A DNA stretch of 64,000 nucleotides from Octopus vulgaris (taxonomy: Eukaryota). The position numbers and the translations under genes are program-made. The stretch lies in assembly GCA_951406725.2 (NCBI GenBank), contig OX597825.1, forward strand, positions 81,716,001 to 81,780,000. The letters run 5' to 3'. Below, in pieces: positions 55,735 through 64,000 of this stretch; the stretch's first letter is position 1, and the number at the start of each line of letters is the position of its first letter. The notes under the pieces were generated by a model that ran no database searches, was not told the origin of the DNA, and saw only the letters and a program-made list of their open reading frames with translations.

Positions 55735-56345
55735 TTAACCCCACAGGCTGTTTGACCATAACCACCAGTTGTCCATATCCACCATACAGGTGCTCGAAGC
55801 GGACCTCTTTCTTCGGGCCGTGCTCACCATTCTCATCCACCTCTCAATAAATTTGTTGCAAGGCAGCCCTTCCATCTCCCCCTTTATTTTCCTTTTCAAA
55901 TGGAACTTGGAAATTTTGATGAGGGCTTGGCCAAAGAGTAAGGTGTCGGTCTTCAGCCCTTTCAATAAAACAAAATTGACAAGTCAGTCAGTCGCTGGCT
56001 AACACTCGTTGACGCTACACCGAAGAGGCCAGGGAACAGAAGAAAGAAGACATGGACCCAACACCAGAGCTGAAGACATCTCCGAAAGGTGGGGCCCGCC
56101 ACGTCAAAACGGTAGAGGAGTAGAGGCCGAAACCGGACGTGGTTCCTCCTGATGATGTCTTGAGCTAACTGGATCCTATAAAGGAGTTGTTGTGGTAGCA
56201 GACCACGAAACACGGTTGTAATTCCTGGTCCATTATATATAACCTCTTTCACCGAGGCCGCCAAACAGATAAAAACGTCCTACCCTTCACGGCCAAAAGG
56301 CAACGATCTTTATAACGGAGCTATCAGATCGACAGACTCGTTCTA
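55735..56345 (-). pseudogene. L1/Tx1-type LINE ORF2 C-terminus, interrupted at ~55962-56238
   Basis: VFICLAASVKEVI | KGLKTDTLLFGQALIKISKFHLKRKIK..KFIERW. Confidence 0.6.
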
Positions 56346-56701
56346 CACGCGATAGCAGTTGTTCGACAACAGCAATGGCTATGATAAACTGGTCGATTGT
56401 TTATAATTAATCATAGTATTATTGTGCTAGTCACGATATGTTTGATAAGTTAGGCTTAACTATGGACCGACGTCGAAGACACAAAAGAAATATTTAACGT
56501 GATCAAGCAAGTTTGAGTGTTACACATTAGGACAACTTTAACTATGGAATAAAATTGGAGCCATATTCAGAATCGTTAACTTAACCATACAATTTTGTGC
56601 AAATCTATAAAATACAAGCATGGAAAATAGAAATAAACACGTTTATGAGATGTGAAATATCAACGAAGCATGCAAACGGAATATGTGGGCGTGTCAGTAT
56701 A

Positions 56702-56769
<68 letters not shown>

Positions 56770-57693
56770 TATATTTATTTCTATAAAACAGAGTTCGCGC
56801 GCGCGTGTGTGTCTGTGTGGTGCGTGTGTTCTTTATGGATTAGAAAACTGAGTTGTCGATTTTGGCGTATGAGGTATCAAAAGGTTCAGTAATCTTTCGG
56901 CTACCAAATAAAGTATGTTTTTTGCGCAATTCTTTTTTACTACCAAAATAGCCTCGAAAACGAGGTCGGGTCGCACAATTTTGAGGTCGTTTTCAGTAAA
57001 TATTTGGGTTTGCTTCTAATTTACGTTCCCAGTTTTAATGTTTTCAGTGTCAAAAAAAGCAGCAATGTGCAAGTAGTGTTGTGAGTGCATTTGTGACGCA
57101 TAAAACCCTATTTGTCAACGGAAAATGACCCAAAAAACATACTTTTTTGATACAATTATTGGCACATTTTCCGTCAATAATGGCCTTTGTGTCACAGCTA
57201 AACTGCCAATGTGAACGTCTTCAGTATTCCTTGATTAAACAATGTCTTTGAATATCGCGATACCATTTCTTTGCACAAACCCTTTTTTTTTTCAACAGAA
57301 AATTTACTAATGAACAGTTTTTCTGGCATAATTGTGATCGCTTCTGGCATTACTACAGAAAACAATTTGTCCATGTAGATTTTCTTGGTAGAAAACGACT
57401 CAGGAGTGCCAAAAGAGCGTCTTCAGGATTAAATTCAATGAAATTCCCCCAAAGTTTAAACACAATAAGATCCTATATTCGTCCAAGTGTGGTAAAGACG
57501 TGAAGCAAGGACTAAAACCTTTCGGCTATTCTCAAGAAGCACAGCGTCTGTACACATTTATACCAAACTGCCCACATCACTAACACTGTTCACTCATATC
57601 CTTATATATGTATATATACACACAGCCTAAAAAATCATCTTATATACCTCCATGATATAAGAGGTAAGGGTAGCGAAAGATATTGAGGAATCC

Positions 57694-57793
57694 AGACCTG
57701 AAGATTGGGAGTATGTCGACCCGATTAAGTATTGAAACTAGATACCTGGTATCTAATCAATACCGACGTACTTTCATGAAACACGTTTAGTCT
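57694..57793 (+). ncRNA. Hammerhead motif with long branched helix II
   Basis: agac CUGAAGA t-tgggagtatgtcg...cgacgtactttca-t GAAAC ACGU UUA gtct. Confidence 0.6.
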
Positions 57794-57929
57794 TATAAAC
57801 GGAAAATACGGGATTCAGAATAGATATAATTAGTATAAGAGTTAATATTTAACATTATATGGAGTGGTCGGGTATAAAATCTTTCAGTGTTGATTGAGCT
57901 GAAGATGGTTCTGACTCTAAAACTACTTA

Positions 57930-57981
<52 letters not shown>

Positions 57982-57983
<2 letters not shown>

Positions 57984-58187
57984 GGGTGATTGGAAAGTAA
58001 CTCCCTATTTTAAAATACTTATAAATTATTTTTTAATTGTTATTTTTCCTCAAATTTATTTTTTTTAAAGTATAAATAAAACCTTCATACTAAAAACTTT
58101 CTTCCTTTATCCATTTTCTTTTTGTAAAAATTACAATTAATAACTTACAAGTATTTTTAAAGAGAGCGCTACTTAACAGTCACCCTG
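57982..58187. mobile_element. Tc1/mariner-type MITE
   Basis: Imperfect ~40-bp TIRs starting CAGGGTGA; TA at the right flank. Confidence 0.7.
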
Positions 58188-58193
58188 TATATA

Positions 58194-58229
<36 letters not shown>

Positions 58230-58545
58230 TGCATGTATGTATGTGTGTGTGGTTGGTGCGCAAACGAACCTTTAAATCAGTTCAAATATGTCTAGGAAAA
58301 ATTTGATCTGTAAAAAGGTTTTTCCTTTTCACATCGATTTGCCATGGAGAAAATGTTTCGCTTTAGGTATAAAGTGTTAACACACCAAAATCAGTTTCAG
58401 AACACCAGCTATAGACTGGTAGCTGCTTTTTCAGCTCCTTGTGCGCTCTTCAGCACCAGACAACGAACGGGACCAAACGGGACCGCTCTAAATTGACTGA
58501 AAGACTGAATAAGGAAAATGAAAAATATCAAAGAATGAGAAGGAA

Positions 58546-58761
58546 ATGAAGATAAACGAAAATATGAACAACAGAACAAAACATGTCATATACCGCAATA
58601 CAGACCCACAGTGTAATGAGAAGTATATCGGCCAAACTGGACCAAAATCACTACATCGGATCAGGATACATAAGCAACAAAACAAATTTTCGTCTCTTCG
58701 AAATGCTCCATGCAGATCCATGCGTTCTGGGGTTCCATATAAGATTCGGGTTAGTTGTTAA
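58546..58761 (+). pseudogene. Penelope-type GIY-YIG endonuclease remnant
   Basis: HVIYRNTDPQCNEKYIGQTGPKSLHRIRIHKQQ matches VIY..C..C...YIGQT...R...H. Confidence 0.78.
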
Positions 58762-59509
58762 AATTTATGACCAATGAATTTGTTGTACTGCTTCCATACA
58801 CAAAATATCTTAATTTTTTATGCAATTCCTAATACCAGGTAATTATAAAAATATAAAAAGGATTCTTAAACATCAAATAACAATAAGGGTCCAGTAAAGT
58901 AAAATGTGAATCAAAGGGGTCCATTGGTAAGGAGTTTGATTCACAACCATATGGTTCCGGGCTCAATCTCATTGCGTAGCATTTTGAGCAAGTGTCTGAA
59001 AATACAAACACATGTCGTACAAAACAGCGTCCCTACGAATCACCCTCCCCAGATAAACAATACCTGAGGGAGGGGAAAAAGTCTTTGGTGGTCAGAATTG
59101 GTTAAGGGCTCACTTGTAACATCAGATTGATCAGGAATAACTTGGGGTTAAATAACAATAATTTATTTACGAATCTTAGAAAGTACCTCTCTCTGGTTGT
59201 TCGACATTTTAGAAATAGCTGTCAAATATCCATCAAGTCAGAGGAAGAACACATTGGATAATGCTACATGTGTGAGAATACATTGTGAGTAAAAACAACG
59301 CTAGGTTTCATGGATTCTAAGAGTAGATAAAATAAAGTACCAGTAAAATAATGAGGTTGATATAATTAACTTAATTAACTATACCCTTTTCCCATTTTTA
59401 AGACTTTTTCCAGAGTTAGAAAACAAAACTGAACAATGTAGGTATATCAAATACCGTACAACATAAAATGTTTGGCTTATTAAAATTATCTCAGCCTGTA
59501 GAGAGTGTC

Positions 59510-59945
59510 AGGAGATGAGCTGGCAGAATCGTTAGCACGCCGGGAGAAAATTCTTAGCGTCATTTCGTCTGTCTTTACGTTCTGGGTTCAAATTCCGCCA
59601 TGGTCGACTTTGGATTTCATCCTTTTGGAGTCGAGAAAAAAGTACCCGTTGAGTACTGGGGTTCGATGTCATCGACTTACTCCCTTCCCCGAAAATACTG
59701 GCCTTGTGCTAAAATATGCAGCCAATATTTATTCCAGCTAATGCGGTGAGCTGGCAGAATCGCTAGCATGGTATGTGAAATGTTTCGCCCTTTTCTTTCT
59801 GAGTTCAAATTCCACCGAGATCGACTTTGCCTTTCATTATTTCGGGGCAATGAAATAAGAACCAGTTGCATCCTGGAATTGATATAATCGACTTGCCTCC
59901 TCCTAGCAAACTTCAGGCTTTGTGCCTATAGCAGAAAGGATAATT
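59510..59945 (+). mobile_element. Two tandem SINE family B copies
   Basis: Heads GAGCTGGCAGAATCG at ~59517 and ~59748. Confidence 0.8.
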
Positions 59946-59994
59946 ACCAAACGGTAATTCAGAGCAGCTCTATTTAAGAAGTGAAGATAATATA

Positions 59995-60350
59995 AGCGAA
60001 GAAGTGGCTGTGTGGTAAGTAGCTTGCTTACGAACCACATAGTTCTGGGTTCAGTCCCAATGCGTGGCACCTTGGGTAAAGTGTCTTCTACTATAGCCTC
60101 GTGCCGACCAAAGCCTCGTCGTATATATGTATATATATATGTGTGTGTGTATATTTTGTGTATCTGTTTGTCCCCCTACCATCGCTTGACAACTGATGCT
60201 GGTGTGTTTACGTCCCCATAACTTAGCGGTTCGGCAAAAGACACCGATAGAATAAGTCCTGGGCTTACAAAGAATAAGTCCTGGGGTCGATTTGCTCGAC
60301 TAAAGGCGATGATCCAGCATGGCCACAGTCAAATGACTGAAACAAGTAAA
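59995..60350 (+). mobile_element. SINE family A
   Basis: Head, internal microsatellite and tail. Confidence 0.88.
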
Positions 60351-61089
60351 AAAAAATAATAATCTCAAGAATCAAGATTTCTCCAGAAAGCGACATGCCA
60401 TTACGGAAAAGGACAGAATTACTGTCTGGAGATAAGAAGACACGTGTTTCTGCCTCAATAACCGTCATCATCAATACAACTATCCAACCCTGTTTCCAAT
60501 TAACATGGGACTTCTAATTACGGAAAAAGAGCAGAACTCATTTATGGTCAGGGTAATTTGCATAATTAAATCAAAAATGAGTTTTAAGAAATACTTCCGA
60601 GCAGCCAGGAGCATGGATTTGGACAAAATAGATAAATACACGTGTACCAAATGCCAGACAACATAAATTCTTGATTTAATTAAAATTATCTCCGCTTCGA
60701 GAGAAAGTGTCACAGTTAGGAAATAGCAGTGAAGACCAGTTACATACGGGAAGGGGGAGACCCGTTGATGTGATTGGACCCTAATACAAGAATATGATTA
60801 AAAGCTTCCGGAATGAGACAAGATCTCCTAAATTCCTTCTTCCTGAAGAATTTCATTTCTGTAATTGTTGTCGGGCCAATCAATTAAGATCATTTAGTCG
60901 AAAAAGAAAACAGATAAAAAAAAAACAAAGAAAACATCAAAACGGAAAGAAAAAATGTTGACTCGTTACATCTTAAGATTGAACTTATGACTTCATATTA
61001 CTACCAAATCTCTGACGTCGAGGTTGCATTGTTGTGAGAGGATATGGAACTCAAAGCAGCAAAAATAAATAAATATATAGATAAATGAA

Positions 61090-61120
<31 letters not shown>

Positions 61121-61326
61121 ATAGATAGATAAATAAATAAGCAAAACCATTTATTGTTTGAAGTGTTTTCTGATTCTGTCGACTCCTCCCTGTCATATGC
61201 AACAGACACGGGTTTTACAAATATGATACGTATACGCAAACCTGTGTACACACGTTTGTAAAGGGCGAGAGAGAGAGAGAGAGAGGGAGAGAGAGAGAGT
61301 GTGTGTGCGTGCGTGCACCTGTATGC

Positions 61327-61373
<47 letters not shown>

Positions 61374-61471
61374 TATATTTATGTGTACTTGAATGTATAT
61401 CTGGGTTTCTTTCATTTAACATTATACTTATCTATATTCATATTTTTGATTCTCTCTCAACCATCTCCCCC

Positions 61472-61551
<80 letters not shown>

Positions 61552-61557
61552 CATACA

Positions 61558-61593
<36 letters not shown>

Positions 61594-61634
61594 TGCAAAC
61601 ATGCTCAGATGCGCCTATGCATGTATACATACGT

Positions 61635-61709
<75 letters not shown>

Positions 61710-61924
61710 GAGAGAGGGCCATCTCCATTATTAAAATATACATGCAGTACAATATCTGGGCGAATGCATGTATTAAATATCACTTCCTTTATGCACCTCG
61801 AGACTTCGTTGGTTCTCCGCCTACTTGACATCACTGCAATCCCTGGGAGACGATACACATGTATATATTAACATTACATACATGCATGCATACATACATA
61901 CATGTATGTATGTATGTGTGTATA

Positions 61925-61959
<35 letters not shown>

Positions 61960-62191
61960 TTGTGGAGAAGCTGCGATGCTAAGCGAGTGTGCGTGTGCAT
62001 GTGTATGGCACAACGAGTGTCTCTGTGTCCACAGTGCGGTGCACCCTGAGTTATCGGTTCATCTTATCTTCTGCAGTGAGGCGGCAAAAGCCATACAGAA
62101 CAAAGAGATTAGAGCCAGGTTCGATAAGCTGGCTTTCCTATGAGGATATATAGATATATATATGTAATATATATGCATGTATGTATATATG

Positions 62192-62263
<72 letters not shown>

Positions 62264-62302
62264 CATGTACGTATATATGTATATATGTGTATATATATAT
62301 AT

Positions 62303-62349
<47 letters not shown>

Positions 62350-63370
62350 GAGAGAGAGAGAGATACATATATAAATATATACATACATGCATATATGTAT
62401 ATATGTATATATGTATGTATGTATATACATACATGTATATACATATATACATATATATATATATGTATATATGTATATACATGTATGTATGTATATATGT
62501 ATCTCTCTCTCACTCACTGTATATATATATGTGTGTGTGTGAGAGAGAGAGAGAGAGATAGAAAAGGAGATGGATAGCTAGATAGATAGATAGATAGATA
62601 GATAGATGTTTGTGTATGCGTATACATATATACACTCTCTCTCTCTCTCTCACACACACACAAACACACAAACATATATAAATGTACATACACATATATA
62701 TACACATACACACACGCATGCACACATATATGCATATACATGACAGAGAGAGGGGAGAGAGAGGGAGATATTCGTGTTACGTATACTGGTATGTGTGTTA
62801 AGTATGAACACACACACACATACACACAAACAAACAAACAAACAAACACAGATGAAGACCCTTCCATCGATTTCAAGGACGACCATTCCGTTGTTAGCCA
62901 AATTCAACTCGTGTTCTATAAACGTGTACACGGCTGAATCTAGTCCCACGCTCCACTGACCTGCAAAGTATTCCTCGCAGAGAATCAACGTGACACGAGA
63001 TTTGACATTTATCCTCTCAAGCCTTCGGGTTCAGCTGCAACTATAAGAAAAGAAACACTTGCTCAAGATGCCGCTTCTTAACTATCGAGCCATGTCTTTC
63101 GATATACAGCATGGGTGTAAAAATATGTGTACGTATACATATATTTATATATGTGTGCATACATGCGTATATGTATACACACACATAAATACTCGTAAAT
63201 ACGAATGTGTACGTTCATATACAAGCTTGTGTATACATATATAAATATGTATACACGAAATATACATATATACACACATATATAGTTATCTATATACTTA
63301 TATCTACATATGCGTGGGTGTACACATACATACTTTATACAGACATAGGTATCTATCTATCTATCTGTCC

Positions 63371-63418
<48 letters not shown>

Positions 63419-63422
63419 GTCC

Positions 63423-63480
<58 letters not shown>

Positions 63481-63481
<1 letters not shown>

Positions 63482-63654
63482 GGTAGCCACTACACACATT
63501 TTTCTCTCTCCTTGTTTTTTCTGTGTTCCTTTCAGTAGAAGAGCGTAGGCTCGAAACGTAAAAGACCTTTTTCTATTCCTGAGCGTTATACTATTGCATC
63601 TGTTTGTTTTGTACACCACCTGTCTTCGTCTTTTGTTTTTTTCGTGAACTCTGC

Positions 63655-63658
<4 letters not shown>
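63481..63658 (+). mobile_element. HHR-bearing element family H1, motif at 63529-63564
   Basis: Close match to 14595-14774; ends in (TA)n. Confidence 0.7.
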
Positions 63659-63750
<92 letters not shown>

Positions 63751-63877
63751 TTAAGGGTAGAAATTGATATTTATCAATTAAGACCAGTGGTCTAGCATAT
63801 TAAAAAAGAATCCGAAGATTAAAATATTTATATATACCAATTAAGGACTGAACACGAAAAGTGGACAGTCAACATGC

Positions 63878-63999
63878 TAGATATAGACGCCAAATCGCCA
63901 TTCTCCACAAAAGATTATGTTCTCAGATCAAACTCAAGTTTGTTGAGTTTGATCTGAGAACATAATCTTTTGTGGAGAATGCGATTTGGTCTATATCTA
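63878..63999. repeat. Near-perfect hairpin (loop 63938-63942), runs to the window edge
   Basis: ~58-bp arms are reverse complements. Confidence 0.85.
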
Positions 64000-64000
64000 C

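Noticed and set aside
60360-60850. Possible LINE RT remnant (EHGFGQNR)
   Set aside because: Single weak motif only

Overview
AT-rich, microsatellite-saturated animal genomic DNA, most likely octopus/cephalopod (inferred from the SINE families and the extreme (TA)n/(TATG)n/(TCTA)n/(ATT)n load). No host protein-coding exon could be supported; nearly all long ORFs in the track are microsatellite translations. The window is a transposon graveyard: several tRNA-derived SINE families, fragments of R4/Dong-type (RLE), RTE-type (C-terminal C2H2 fingers) and L1/Tx1-type LINEs, a Penelope GIY-YIG remnant, a non-autonomous Helitron and two Tc1/mariner MITEs. The unexpected signal is a dense, diverse population of type I hammerhead ribozyme (HHR) motifs, about 20 motifs in roughly 9 unrelated sequence families. 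They sit in short elements usually flanked by (TA)n and often form long head-to-head inverted repeats. The best case is at 38725-39797: an apparently identical 359-bp tandem unit carrying a GUC-cleaving HHR at the tip of a ~120-nt rod, arranged as ~1.2 inverted plus ~1.8 direct copies. This looks like a very young non-LTR retrozyme (predicted 359-nt circular RNA), probably mobilised by Penelope-like elements. All ribozyme calls come from manual base-pairing and need a covariance-model search and cleavage assays.
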